The notes under the pieces: generated by a model
Database searches by the model: none
Seen by the model: only the letters and a program-made list of their open reading frames with translations
Told to the model about the DNA's origin: nothing
Assembly (NCBI GenBank): GCA_951406725.2
Contig: OX597820.1
Location: 55,428,001 to 55,492,000 of the forward strand
Direction: 5' to 3'
Length of the DNA stretch: 64,000 nt
DNA from: Octopus vulgaris
Taxonomy: Eukaryota
Program-made: the position numbers and the translations under genes
In this document: one piece after another, positions 24,990-38,383 of the stretch
Layout of the letters: every line of letters starts with the position of its first letter
How positions within the stretch are numbered: position 1 is the stretch's first letter

Positions 24990-26720
24990 TTGATGTTCTG
25001 GGAAGGAAGTAGTGGTTAATGTGGATGGGTTCTGGTAAGGGATTAGAATAGCAATTGGACACAACATGGGTGATGGAAGGAGGAGAGACATATGAATTAG
25101 AAACACCTGAGTAGAACAGCATGAGCTCAGCCAGATCCAAAGAACAGAAGTTGTTATAGTTATGATAGAAAAGGCAGAGAAAAGACAGTATATACACCCT
25201 ATGGCCTAGAGGCTGGAGCATGTCTGTGAGTAATTTTATGCTAATCATTTGAATGGCTCTTGTCTAAATGTGATGAAGCATGTCCATGTGTACAGCAGCA
25301 GCAACACTGTTTCTGGTGAGGGGTCACTACTCCATTGTAGGCCTTACATAAGCTTTATAGAGTGTTACTGACTGTTGAGGAATGTAGTATCTTCTGGCTC
25401 TGAAGAGAAGAGTCAGTTGGGATGAAGTAATCCTAGCTTTGTTGAGGATATGCTTTTGTCAAGAGAGATCTTCCTTAATTGAAGCCCAACTTTTGAAGGG
25501 TTTTAGTTGTGTGTTTCTTATTTTTCAGGAGATATGTCGTGTGATGAAGTTTCCTTGAAGGGCTATTTGCTGTTGAACAAAACAAGAGTGGCACATCTTC
25601 ACTGGAAGATGTTTTCACAGTCTCTGTTCATCGAATCTGTGAAGGCTTGATATAGATATCTAGGTTTCATGTGGATGATGCATGGTTGGGGCAGTTTAGG
25701 GAATGATAAAGAGTAGTTTTATATATATATAAGAGAAGGAGTTGTTGGATAAGACAGCAAGTTTTCTCCAATGCTTATGTTTGTTTATTTATTTATTTAC
25801 CTATTTATTTCTACTGTAACAATAATTTTTCAAAGTGGTAATGAAAGCACCTGCTGTTTAGTAGTTCATTTCTGAGTTTAAAAGATAAGTTTATGTAATT
25901 TTCACTGATAATATTTACCAAATTGTCTACAGCAATAATACGATGAGCTAAAGTGTTTATGGCTTATTTAAATTGTATAGAAGTTACTATGGAATTTTTG
26001 TTAAAAAAATTACTGTCTTAGAAACCAATATTGTTCCATGATGTCACTAGAAATTGTGAAAGTCTATATGAATTTCTTGAAGACTCTTAAGTAAAAGATT
26101 TAATATAGCTTAAACGTCATTGATATACAGAAAAAAGCTAGTGGGGTAAAACTGGTTTCTGGGAGATACCAGAGTTGATAGAATGAAAAACTGAAAGAGA
26201 TTCATTAACACATGCCACAATACGATGATCTTAAAGGAAGCTACCAAACCAAAAGACATGTGGATCACATAGAAGCGAAGGATTGAGAGGATAATTGCAT
26301 GTCAGACATGGTCAAAAGATTTGCTGGTGTTGAGAGTGACAATGCTGCTCTCACTGACATAGGAGAGTAGGTAAACTTTGGATTTGGTTTTATGGAAGCC
26401 ATAGTAACGGTCATTCAGGAGGAAAAGAGAGATTTAAAGTGTTGGAAGATGTCATTGCTAATGGTTATCTCCATTACCTTAGAGATACTGGAAGTGGAGG
26501 TGATAGAATAATAATTGACAAGATTGGAGAGGTTGTTTTCTTGGGAATGGGACACAATGTAATATATTTCCAAACATTAGGATATGTCCCAGAAAAGAAG
26601 GAATGAAAGTTTAGTAAGTATAAGGGCTGACTCTGGGGTACAGTATTTGAGGGTAAAAGAAAGCTATGGTGGTCTTGTTGGGTTGAAGTGACCAGACATA
26701 CTTCTGTAATTGCTGTATGT
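24990..26720 (-). pseudogene. Fragmented old CR1/Jockey-group LINE reverse transcriptase
   Basis: Minus-strand remnants PNVWK...PIPKK...TSSISKVME...YYGF (26390-26585) and RAIQMI..LLTDMLQPLGHR...LCLFY (25140-25270). A plus-strand 3' piece of the same type lies at ~26830-27240. Confidence 0.6.
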
Positions 26721-27261
26721 ATTCAAGATGAGGTGTCAAGATGAAGGTGTGTGTGTGTTACATCAGTTACTTCTAACAATTTGCACACATGCTAGTGTTT
26801 CTACTACACATATTAACATCTGAGAGAAAAAGAATGATACTCATTTGAATAGTAAAGACCCACTAACAGATACCAACCAGTGGCTCACAGACATTGTTTT
26901 AACTCTGTTTCCACTTCCATACTATAACATCTACTCCTCAAAGCTAAGCTAGCAAGGTATGTACTATGCCTACCCCAATCAAACTCTATATACTTTTGTG
27001 TTAGCACCCAAATCCAAACACTTTTTTTCCAATCCTTACTCCCCTAGAACTACACCCTCTGGAATTCTCATATTGTTCACATTTTTGCCTATAGGCAACA
27101 TTCAATGAAAGTCCAAGTAGCATAATCTCTCAGGTTACATGTAAATCTCATAGCAACAACATTACCAAAACTGTATCAACCACACCAGTTTTGGCTAGTT
27201 TGGATACAGCATGGGTGCTGCTTCTCTTCCACCAATACTTAACAAAGAAAAAATTATTTAA

Positions 27262-27483
27262 CCCTTTTGTTACCACATTTCTGTTGAGATGCTCTGTGTT
27301 TCTTTCAATTAATTTGAAATATAACAAAGAATTTAGTAAAATAACTTAGTTATCATTAAGCTAGTGTTAGGAACATTGATTGTGATTAAGGTTTGGTGGA
27401 AGATTTTAATTCAAAACTTATGTAAACAAGACATTTGTACTACAGAGCCAGAGGCGGTTTCAGGTAGGTTGGTAACAAAAGGG
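27262..27483. mobile_element. piggyBac-type MITE
   Basis: TTAA|CCCTTTTGTTACCA ... TGGTAACAAAAGGG|TTAA: perfect 14-bp TIR and TTAA TSD. Confidence 0.88.
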
Positions 27484-27954
27484 TTAAAACTTGGTTATAC
27501 TGGTGTTTTAACAATCTCCCTCCTCACATTTTTTTTTAACTGACTGGCAGACTTTACTTTCTGTTGTATTCAAGAAAGTATGTGCAAACACTGAATATAT
27601 ACATATTTACACAACACTGGACAATGTTGTGTAAATATTTTCAAACATTGTTGAATTTTATTGGGTAAATATTTTACTATGTTGTGCAAATATTTTCCAA
27701 TCTTGTGTAAATACTGTCCAGTATCAGGTAAAGTAATTGGTTCTTACATAAGCACAGGTGATGAATAAAATTGATTAAACTGATCCTAGTAGTATCTCAC
27801 TGGTATTTTTTTTTATTGAGCTTTACCCTACCCCATGGGATGAAAAATAATGTCTCTACAGGTGCTGAATAAAGAATACCATGGAACAAAACCAAATACA
27901 TTAAAAGGTACTTCACTTGGTGTTCTGCTGTTTCTGCCATGCTACTCTCTTTAA

Positions 27955-28127
27955 CACTTTAGCATTCAGATTACTGTCAAATATAATGTTTATTTAATCA
28001 GATTGTTTGACAGTTTATTTTTAGGTTGGCATTGTAGGGTGGGTGTGAAAGGTTTGATCAGGCCAGTTTGTACAATAAAAGAGGTAAATTATTTTGGCTG
28101 GCTATTGCTGGTTTAAATGCTAAAGGG
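27955..28127. mobile_element. piggyBac-type MITE (CCCTTTAGCATT family)
   Basis: TTAA|CACTTTAGCATT ... AATGCTAAAGGG|TTAA. Relatives at 8145-8357, 31234-31452, ~40355-40573 and 53159-53377. Confidence 0.8.
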
Positions 28128-28381
28128 TTAATGTGAAGTTATCCAAGGGTACCTCAAGGGTATTCCACTTAATTTCAAAGCTTTTCTTTCAGGGTATTTT
28201 TCAATTTGATCCCAAATACTTATAGAATCATTGAGTTAACCTAGTGAGAGCACTAAGCAGCAACACCCACTATCCTAAAATTACTATAAACATTAACACA
28301 ATCATATCATATGCTATTAAAGAGAAATAGATCTACCAGAGTATATGCTTATATATGCAGCCAACCAGGGAGACTCTAGAT

Positions 28382-29040
28382 CAATGGTTCTTAACTGGGG
28401 TCTTTATAAGATTTTGTTAGAATTCATCACCAACAAATTTGTTATATGTCTACAATACACAATATATTTTAACAATTATTTTTATACAATTCCTAATAAT
28501 ATTTACTCTTTTACTTGTTTCAGTCATTTGACTGTGGCCATGCTGGAGCAGCACCTTTAGTCGAAGAAATTGACCCCAGGACTTATTCTTTGTAAGCCTA
28601 GTACTTATTCTAAGAACCACTAAGTTACGGGGGACGTAAACATACCAGCATTGGTTGTCAAGCAATGCTGGGGGACAAACACAGACACACAAACATATAC
28701 ACACACATACATATATACGACAGGCTTCTTTCAGTTTCCGTCTTCAAAATCTACTTACAAGGCTTTGGTTGGCCCGAGGCTATAGTAGAAGACACTTGCC
28801 AAGGTACCACGCAATGGGACTGAACCCAGAACCATGTGGTTGGTAAGCAAGGTACTTACCACATAGCCACCCCCGTGCCCATATGTACTTACCACACAGC
28901 CACTCCTGCGCTCATATTTAATTAATATTTAATTATAAAAATCCAATAGGATTTTTAAAACTTCAAATGGTTATGAGGGTCCACTTGAGTAAAATAGGAA
29001 TCAAAGGGGTCCACAGACAAAAAATGGTTGAAAACCACTG
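28382..29040. mobile_element. hAT (Charlie-type) MITE interrupted by a SINE
   Basis: CAATGGTTCTTAAC ... GTTGAAAACCACTG TIRs with an 8-bp TSD CTCTAGAT/CTCTTGAT. A SINE is nested at ~28504-28912. Confidence 0.78.
28504..28912 (-). mobile_element. Octopus-type tRNA-derived SINE
   Basis: Reverse complement of the 9699-10113 family, with a small duplicated 5' end. Confidence 0.85.
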
Positions 29041-29567
29041 CTCTTGATACAGCAGCTGATTCTCCCTCAAATCTGATTTTACCATATTGAATAAAAGAAA
29101 GATACATTTGATAAGGTAATCCAAGCCATAAATTAGAAAGAAAGAAAAAAAAAAAACAGGATCGTTATGGATTGAATATCTTTGATTACAAGCTTGATCA
29201 ATCAGAATTGACCTGTGGCTAAACAACAGCACATAATGCTATGCAATCTCCCCATCCATCCACATACATCTAACCACAACATTAACAGAACTAATTTGTT
29301 ATTCAAACATTTACAGAAGCACCACATTATGCCAACAAAGCATGAAACATTAACATAACCTCAGAATTACGCAACAAAAACAATGGTTAAATCAACAGAA
29401 AAGAAATACCAGGTTATCCTAACATCGCATTAAAATACCCCCCCCCCCCCCCTTGACCGCCGTCACTGCTGAATAAGACACGTGTACCTTTTTCAAGAGG
29501 TAAGGGATTATATTTGATTCTATCAACTGAATTAACAGCTGATATACTTTACTTTACTTTTACATTT

Positions 29568-29978
29568 TACTTTTTACTCGTTTCAGTCATTTGGCTGCGG
29601 CCATGCTGGAGCACTGCCTTTAGTCGAGCAAATCGACTCCAGGACTTATTCTTTGTAAGTCTAGTACTTATTCTATCGGTCTCTTTTGCTGAACCACTAA
29701 GTTACGGGGATGTAAACACACCAGCATCGGTTGTCAAGCGATGTTGGGGGGACAAACGCAGACACACACACACAGACATATATATATACATATATATATA
29801 TATATACAATGTACACACATATATACGACGGGCTTCTTTCAGTTTCCGCCTACCAAATCCACTCACAAGGCTTTGGTCGGCCTGAGGCTATAGTAGAAGA
29901 CACTTGCCCAAGGTGCCACGCAGTGGGACTGAACCCGGAACCATGTGGTTGGTAAACAAGCTACTTACCACACAGCCT
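29568..29978 (-). mobile_element. Octopus-type tRNA-derived SINE
   Basis: Same family as 9699-10113. Confidence 0.85.
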
Positions 29979-30351
29979 TTAATTAAAAAAATTTTTTTTT
30001 AGAGAAAGGGACAAGCAAAGTAAACAGCTTTGAAGCATAAAACTGAAAATGTGTTATTATTCTACAAGGGGGTGCTGAAAAGTTCCTGGTTTTAAGGGTG
30101 TTGCAAAAGGCCTAGTTGGAGGCCCAAACTTCCAAGTTCTTTTACCGTGTGTATGTGTGTGTGTGAAAAGTGTATTAAGAAGTTCAATTATATATATTTG
30201 AGTCTGGTAAGTTGCCTATACTGCTAAGCACTTTATAGGTGCAAAACCAATGGTCACTCTATGACTGGCCAGAACTTTAGACTTCCTAAAAAATACATTA
30301 CTGCTCTAATGCTTTAGAGTATGCTTCTTTTTTGGCTATATGAACTACTGA

Positions 30352-30394
<43 letters not shown>

Positions 30395-30689
30395 CGTGAC
30401 CGACCAGGCTATCAGATGTTGCTACACATCGCTGGTCACAATGCGCTTTGCATTGTTATAGCCTTCAAATGATGCCACCCCACTGGCTAAGCGAGCAGGC
30501 CTACAGAAGAAAGAGTGAGAGAAAGCTGTGGCGAAAGAGTACAGCAGGGATCGCCACCACCCCCTGCCAGAGCCTCGTGGAGCTTTAGGTGTTTTCGCTC
30601 AATAAACACTCACAACGCCTGGTCTGGGAATCGAAACCGTGATCCTACAACTGCGAGTCCACTGCCCTAATCACTGAGCCATTGTGCCT

Positions 30690-30742
<53 letters not shown>

Positions 30743-30752
30743 CACACACATA

Positions 30753-30945
30753 CGAGGGGATGCTGAAAAGTTCCTGGTTTTAAGAATGTTGCAATAGTCC
30801 TGATTTTACAGAGCTTAGAAAAACTGAAGGACCGCAGCAATAAGTGTAAAAATCTGAGTGAGGAATATATTGAATAAAATCATAATTAACTAATCCTTCT
30901 GTATTTTTCTTTTACTCATAGCCAAGAACTTTTCAATACCCCTTG
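30753..30945. mobile_element. Tc1/mariner-type MITE
   Basis: TA|CGAGGGGATGCTGAAAAGTTCCTGG ... CCAAGAACTTTTCAATACCCCTTG|TA. Confidence 0.75.
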
Positions 30946-31233
30946 TACAAAGCTAGCGTGGGTTGAACAGGTCTGCAATAAAAGATATTGGGTTTTATAA
31001 ACAGGATGATACAGGATTTTGTGTTATCTTCTTTCCATCACTTCCTCTGTCAAAAATGCTTTCCATTATCAACATGTTGCACCTTTTCATTTATTTGCAT
31101 CACATATACATTGCCAGTACAGTTGTCTACTATGAATATATCATCAAATATAATGCCCAGCTACTTTCTTGTCTTGCTTGCATACCCAACAGATAATGCA
31201 CAACTTCTTTCTCTGCAAGGTCTCTGTATTTGA

Positions 31234-31452
31234 CCCTGTAGCATTTAAGCCAGCTATATCCGGCCAAAATATTCAACTTGTTTTATGTTCAAAGTGGCTA
31301 GATCTGGCCTCTCACACCTACTCTACAAAGTCAATCTAAAAATAAACAATCACAAAATCAAAATCTCAAAGCTATGAGATAATGCAGGATTAATATAAAA
31401 CAATTGAATAAATAAGCATAATATTTGATAGATTAATCTGAATGCTAAAGGG
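31234..31452. mobile_element. piggyBac-type MITE
   Basis: TTGA|CCCTGTAGCATT ... AATGCTAAAGGG|TTAA. Confidence 0.75.
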
Positions 31453-31799
31453 TTAATATTACCATGTTGTTTAAGGTGGGAAAGCTAGCAGAATTGTTAG
31501 CATGTTGGCCAAAATGCTTAGTGGCATATCATCCATCTGTATGTTTTGAGTTTAAATTCTGCTGGGGTCAACTTTGCCTTTCATCCTTTCGGGGTTGATA
31601 AAATAAACACCAGTTGCACACTGGGGAGATATAATCAAATTACCCCATCCCCTGAAATTGCTGGCCTTGTGTGCCAAAATTTGAAACTAATATCACTATT
31701 TTGAACCACACATTTTATGTAGAGATCATACTAACAGAGAAATCTCTTTTTGAGGAAAGCCATTTTCAACTTGATTTTTTGTTTTAAACACTCTCTTTC

Positions 31800-32215
31800 T
31801 CTTTACTCTTTTACTTGTTTCAGTCTTTTGACTGCGGCCATGCTGGAGCACCGCCTTTAATCGAGCAACTCGACCCCGGAACTTATTCCTTTTGTAAGCC
31901 TAGTACTTATTCTATTGGTCTCTTTTGCCAAACTGCTAAGTATCGGGGACATAAACACACCAGCATCGGTTGTCAAGCAATGCTAGGGGGACAAACACAG
32001 ACACACAAACACACAGAACGCCATGTTGAATCGTTAGCTCCTGCACGCATTTTTTTTCTCTCCTTGTTTCTTTTCTGTGTATCTTTCTGTTGAAGAGCGT
32101 AGGCTCGAAACGTAAAAGACTTGTTTTATTTCTATTCCTGAGCGCCATACAAATACAATTGTTTGTTTGTACTCCACCTGCCTTCGTCTTTTGTTTATTT
32201 TTGTAAACCTTCCCG

Positions 32216-32274
<59 letters not shown>

Positions 32275-32440
32275 TACGACAGGCTTCTTTTCAGTTTCCG
32301 TCTACCAAATCCACTCACAAGGCTTTGGTTGGCCTGAGGCTATAGTGGAAGATACTTGCCCAAGATGCCACGTAGTGGGACTGAACCTGGAACCATGTGG
32401 TTGGTAAACAAGCTACTTACAACACAGCCACTCCTGCGCC
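31800..32440 (-). mobile_element. Octopus-type SINE with a ~200-bp hammerhead-bearing insert in its microsatellite
   Basis: SINE halves at 31800-32015 and 32270-32440; foreign segment at 32016-32215 followed by (TA)n. Confidence 0.85.
32082..32119 (+). ncRNA. Ultra-minimal hammerhead-like motif (A6U variant)
   Basis: TCTTT-CTGTTGA-A-GAGC gtag GCTC-GAA-ACGT-A^AAAGA. Confidence 0.55.
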
Positions 32441-33166
32441 TATAATTTCTCTACTATAATTTCACAGTGATATCCTGCACTAATTAAGCTATCTAGGTAA
32501 CAGAAACCACCTACACCTTCAAGCAAGCTTTCTGAGTAATTCTTTGAGATTTAATTTCATAGCTGCCCTACAACTAACTACTTGGGTACATGCTGAAATT
32601 CTTATTTCTCCTGTTAATCTGCCAGAAATTCCATACACTTTTGAGTATGCAGTGCTCTGAATGGTGCACACATTAATAAGTTCTTTCACACTGAGCAACC
32701 CAGATGTTATTCCAATTTTGTAACTTGTTACTATTACTAACTTTTATACATGTGAAAGTACAGTAGCTGAAGCTGTTCACAGGATATATTGATTAAAATT
32801 TGTGCATAGAAGATTTATAGTGATCACTGTTTATACCACAAATACTATTAACACTGCAATTGATATTTCACAGTATGTAAAATAGTATCTTACATTACTA
32901 AGTCAAAATACAGCTAGAAGGAGTGACAATTCTAATTTCCTCATCTCCCTGGTATTTGATGGTTACTTCATGTTACATAGGTTGTCAGTTGATGATACAC
33001 ACATATACCTGTCTGTCTATATTTATTTATATACACACATGTTAAAAATTAATTATAATTATGTAATAACTCATGTTCAGAAAAAGAATTGAACTAATAA
33101 ACTATAAACTTTAATGTGACAGCTTTTCTTTTGTATAACACTGCATTTCTAATAAATAATAAGTTG

Positions 33167-33238
33167 GGTCCTATAGTGTAATGGCTAGCACTCTGGACTC
33201 TGAATCCAGCAATCTGAGTTCAAATGTCAGTAGAATCT
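33167..33238 (+). tRNA. tRNA-Gln(CTG), probably pseudogene
   Basis: GGTCCTATAGTGTAATGGCTAGCACTCTGGACTCTGAATCCAGCAATCTGAGTTCAAATGTCAGTAGAATCT aligns over its full length with metazoan tRNA-Gln(CTG). The anticodon arm is intact; there is a C.A mismatch in the acceptor stem and a G.G mismatch in the T stem. Confidence 0.85.
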
Positions 33239-33834
33239 GAATTCTTTACTCTTTCAACAGTGGTGCCCCCAGCATGACCATAACGTTAAAGATGAAACAA
33301 GTTAAAGAGTTATACTAGTTATATACACTTGGATGGCAATAAAGGCTCTGGCAGGGCTGTGTGGTTAGGAATTATACTTTACAACCACATAGTCCAGTAT
33401 TCAATCCACTTGTGTAGGACCTTTGACAAATATCTCCTATCGCAGCTTCAGTTTAACCAACGTTTTGCAAGTGAAATTTTAGAAACTGCGGATGCCCATG
33501 CATACCCACTGAAAACTATCTTCCGATGAGAAATGTAAATATCATTGAGAAAATTGAGAAATATAAACCTGTGCTTTTGAAAGAGAATTTAATGTGGTGC
33601 TACTATTTCTGCTCAAGTTGCACTCTTGGCATTATAACTGTTCATTGGAAACCTGTAACCAACAATACTACTGATCACAAAATACAATATAAAATAAATC
33701 ATATACAGGTTATGATGACATGTAAAACTTACTGGGTTATTTATGTCGAGGATAAGTAACTAAAAGAGTTGTAGCACAACTCATTAGTAAAAAAATTAAA
33801 TGAGAATCAGTTCAGGTTTCTGCTATAATAGAGT

Positions 33835-34012
33835 ACCACTAATACTTTATTCCTATTGAGAGATGTACAAGAAGTTCTTAGCAATGAGCAAGCCACTAAG
33901 CCCCTAAGCCTGGCTTTTGTTGATTTGGCGAAGGTCTCTAATAAGATATCATGCTCTGTAGCCTGGTGGTCATTAAAAAACAATGTAAATGAATGACTTG
34001 TAAGAACCATGT
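33835..34012 (+). pseudogene. Degenerate RTE RT fragment
   Basis: KPLSLAFVDLAKVSNKISCSVAWWSLK, homologous to the VD.EKAFDRVP...WW region at 58500-58557. Confidence 0.55.
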
Positions 34013-35485
34013 GAGCTACACTTATTTCTGTCTATTATAATTCTCCAGGGCATAACAAAGTTTAAAACCAGTCAATGGTGGGAACTTCTGTTTATTAACA
34101 ATGTAGTTTCTATAACTGAATCTGTTGCAAACCAACAAAAAATTTCCAAATTTGGAAGCAAAAATCTAGACTCAAGAGATCAAAGGCCCGATGAAAATGA
34201 AAACTTTAATTAAAAACTGAAAAGGAGAGATGGAATTGTACAGCCATTTAGAAGTGTAAGTGTGTGTTTGTATGTACACACACACATGCAAAAATAAATT
34301 TTTTTAAATGTAAGAATACCATACAATGTATCCAATATTTAAACTAGGTGCACAAAAGATGCAAAGGTATCACAGGCAGGGTGGCAGAGGGTCTCAATGT
34401 AGTAAACAACAGCAAGAGCACATAATCATCATCATCATCATCATCATCATCGTTATGCTCACTCTTCCACACTTGCATAAATTAGAAGGAATTTGTTGAA
34501 GCAGATTTCCTATGGCTAGATGCCCTTCTTATCACCAATATTACTTTTCAAGCATGGTAATATTTCCTCATAGTAAGGTGGCGAGCTGGCAGAATCAATA
34601 GCACTCTGGGCAAAATGCTGACTGGCCTGTCATCTATCTTAATGCTCTGAGCTCAAATTCTGCCAAGATTGACTTTGCCTTTTATCCTTTTGGGGTTGAT
34701 AAAATAAGCACCAATTGAGCACTGGGGTTGATGTAAATGACTTAACCTTCCCCAGGAATTGCTGGCTTTGTGCCAAAATTTGGAACAAATATTTCCTCAT
34801 AACCAAACATATTTATACAGAAGACTGGAAACAGAGGACACTGATTGAATGATAGTGAAACTTGCTTACAACAATCACATAATGTCAAGACAAGGAGACA
34901 CAAACATACAGCAGGCTTCACTCAGTTTCCATCTACCATTTCTACTCACAGTCCTTTGGTTGGTTCAGGGCTATAGTAGAAGACACTTACCCTTGGTGCC
35001 ACACAGTAGGACTGAACATGAAACAATGTAGTTGGGAAGCAAATTTAACTTCACAGCACACGTGAAACAAATTCTTTCACATACTCAACAGAAGCAGATC
35101 TCAACAGAAGCAGAAGATAGTTTCCATTACCTCAATAACCAAATTAGCAGTGGAGGTGAGATAGGTGATTCGAAAGTATAATAATCAAAGTAAGAAAAGG
35201 GATGGAAGAGTTCAGAGAGCTAATATTTCTGCCAGCAACAAAGAGGTTCTCTTTCTGAGTGAAGAGAGATTCCTTGATGCTTGTGTACAAAGTATGATGC
35301 TATGTAGTAGAAAAAGTATGGGTACTGAGTACAAAAGATATTCAAAGGTTAGAATGAAATGAAACTAGCAGCCTTCACTGGATAGGTAATATTAGTGCAC
35401 ATGCATGATGGAACGCAAATGAACTGAGAGAAAAGAATATAATAGGAAAAAGATATAAAAGTATCCAGATGTCTAATGCTAGGGT

Positions 35486-35688
35486 ACTCTCTTACTTATT
35501 TCAGTCATGTGACTGTGGCCATCTTGGAGCACCGCCTTTAGTCGAGCAAATCAACCCCAGGACTTATTCTTTGTAAGCCTAGTACATATTCTATCGGTCT
35601 CTTTTGCTGAACCGCTAAGTTACGGGGACGCAAACACACCAGCATCGGTTGTCAAGTGATGTTGGGGGACAAACACAGATGCACACAG

Positions 35689-35743
<55 letters not shown>

Positions 35744-35912
35744 TATACACGACAGGCTTCTTTCAGCTTTCGTACACCAAATCCACCCACAAGGCCTTGG
35801 TTGGCCTGAGGCTATAGTAGAAGACACTTGCCCAAGGTGCCATGCAGTAGGACTGAACCCGGAAACATGTGGTTTGTAATCAAGCTACTTACCACACAGC
35901 CTCTCCTACGCC
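35486..35912 (-). mobile_element. Octopus-type tRNA-derived SINE
   Basis: Same family as 9699-10113. Confidence 0.85.
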
Positions 35913-36132
35913 TACAGATATGTTTTGTGTAAAGAAGTGTTAAGGTGATCTAAGTGATAAGACTCAGTAGAAGAGGATGATTAAGGAAGACATAATAAGC
36001 AATGTAAGCTGATCTCATGAGGCTGAACTTCCTGAAGGAGAGAACAGGAGTGACACAAGTTATGAGATACTGTATAGGAGAAGACCCATTTAATCACGAC
36101 AAAAGGAATATAAAATCATATGTATATGTGTG

Positions 36133-36212
<80 letters not shown>

Positions 36213-36416
36213 AAATAGAAAGATGAATAATCTTGTAGTAGATTAATCAAAAGTTTAACCGATACCTTAGTAGCAAAAATCACAGCAGTAAAACAGCACG
36301 GTTGGAGGTACAACCATATGGTGTTGCAACTGTGCGTTGGTGCGGATAATTGAAATTAGAACATTATTGGTGAATTGAAGAAATGGAGCTGAACGCAGAT
36401 TGAACAGAAATCGTTT

Positions 36417-36510
36417 TATTTCATTCTACACGTGTTTCGAAAGGCACAAATTACCAAAATCCGAAGGAATAATGGGACCATATTGTGTCTTTCTCTTCAG
36501 GAAGAAAATA
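36417..36510 (-). ncRNA. Type I hammerhead ribozyme in pLTR
   Basis: Minus strand: TATTTTCTTC-CTGAAGA-GAAAGACACAA...TTGTGCCTTTC-GAA-ACACGTGT-A^GAATGAAATA. Intact core, 10/11-bp stem II and palindromic stem III. Confidence 0.85.
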
Positions 36511-37113
36511 GGAAATCCGTTGGAAAAACAAAAACAGAACAGAGGCGGAGCAAAAACAAATCGAACTATGCTCCTAAGAGCCCATGGCGAAACTGTTTAT
36601 CAGTGTATGTTGAGAACCGGTGGCTGAAGAATTCAACGGGTCAGGCATCGGTCAATCATGTGGGTGAGGGGGCGTAGATGTTCTTTGTGACCGAGAATAA
36701 AGTTCTGACTATTTAAGGAATATTGGATGTTTTATAAGGGGCGAGAAAAAAATCTACTTAGAGACGTGTGTGTGTGTATACTGTTCTATATATGTGTGTG
36801 TTGGCGTAGGGGTAGAAAACATTTTTTGTGTACGTATGTGCGTTTGATCGTTCGGCTGTCAGTGGCTACTGCCGTGATGACCGTTGGGTGGCAGAAAAAA
36901 AAAAAAAAAAAAAAAAAAAGTATATATATCATGTTTTATGTGTGTGTGTGTTCATCTAAGCCTGCCTTATCAAGGAAACCCCCCGCTGTGAAAAAACCAA
37001 GCCCCGTTTGTCTTACAGGAGTAATTCCCTTGCAGTGGTTAATCGTAGATATCTTAAAGGCTATTTCAGAATTTGTTACCAAGGGCTATGGGTGCCGGTA
37101 TTATTTATAAACG

Positions 37114-38263
37114 CTATTTAAAAGCCAGATAAGTGTAACGCCGCCAATGGGGGCATCGAAAAGCCGACTGTAAAAGCCCGTTTACCATCCGGCCTCTGGC
37201 AAACAAAATATGGAAGAGTTCGGAGACACAAAGGTTGCACTGCCTTCTGCCCCTATCAAATGGGAGGGCCACCGACAAAATTGACCATTCCAGCCTGTAG
37301 CTTAAGTTCATATCCTTCAGTCGCCATATTAGCTTACTGAGTCCCGTGGTCTGGCGCTTGTTCATGTCCCGAAAAGTTGCGTAATGGTTGGAGACACGCA
37401 AAGACAATCTTGAGGATGAGGCCCCTACATAAGTGAAGACATCTGAGTCCGTGTAAACCTTGCATTGGTAGACGGCGTTTTTGATCTTGGAGTTCGCCGA
37501 CGTGAATCTAATTCTGCTAGGATTAGTTTCTGAAATTAGAACTGCGTTCCTGTCACTATATTCGTTCCGAGACCTGCAGCCGCTTACTACTCTATTTTCC
37601 ACTACGTCACTATTAACTATAGGAATAACCCCTGATTCTCCACTATCTATCAAAGTGCTGTCATTGCTACTGCCCGTGGTGCTGCTATTGCGGGAAATGA
37701 TGCTGGGGATGCTATTGGGGCTCTCTACCCTACTCCCATTGTTACCGTCAACCACAACACCCCTATTTATAACTATACCCCTAGTGGGTACTCCCTGGCT
37801 GGAGCTGAGATTATGTGTCACTGTACTGGCTCTCATATCATTATTACTACTATAATTATTCCTACTGAGCATTAAACCGGGAGCGGAAGAGGCTGTGCCT
37901 CCGGAAAAAGGTGATAGGGTCTTAGTAAGTAGCCTATTATTATGGGAGGCGATTATCTGGGCGAGGTTTTTAGTGTTGGAGAAAGCTATCCTAACTTTAT
38001 GCGAGTTAACCGTGGAGTAATATTTGGAATTTCTGGGGAAGTTATTGGCGATGGCTTGTCTAAACATGAGGGGGAGGTTAGTTCTAATCTGCTTACCAAA
38101 GGGGATTACAAACCATATATGCTTATTCCTATCAGTGTGATGGATCGGGACGCCAGCTCTCGCATTCGGGTGGGTGATTCTCGGATGAATAACGGGTCTT
38201 GGGTTAGTGTAAGACCTCCCGGACCGATAATTATCCTTGTTCGCTAAATTAAATGCGGGAGCG
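37114..38263 (-). CDS. PLE protein C-terminal half: post-RT linker and GIY-YIG endonuclease (5'-truncated, no native start)
   Basis: IWFVIPFGKQIRTNL...FPRNSKYY...VRIAFSNTKNLAQIIASHNNRLL, then NAVYQCKV...TYVGAS...RVSNH...TGLSKLIWRLK...WSIL...CNLCVSE...CPH. The frame is uninterrupted. Confidence 0.85.
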
Positions 38264-38383
38264 ACAGTTTCGCCATGGGCTCTTAGGAGCATAGTTCGAT
38301 TTGTTTTTGCTCCGCCTCTGTTCTGTTTTTGTTTTTCCAACGGATTTCCTATTTTCTTCCTGAAGAGAAAGACACAATATGGT

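Noticed and set aside
29440-29510. Possible exon end (AAGAG|GTAAGG) with an E-box
   Set aside because: No acceptor, ORF or homology evidence. Small exons of a long host gene cannot be excluded, but none can be supported from sequence alone.
38264-38340. N-terminus MEKQKQNRGGAK of the 408-aa ORF
   Set aside because: Derives from the inverted pLTR copy, which also occurs at 36474-36596; not native coding sequence.
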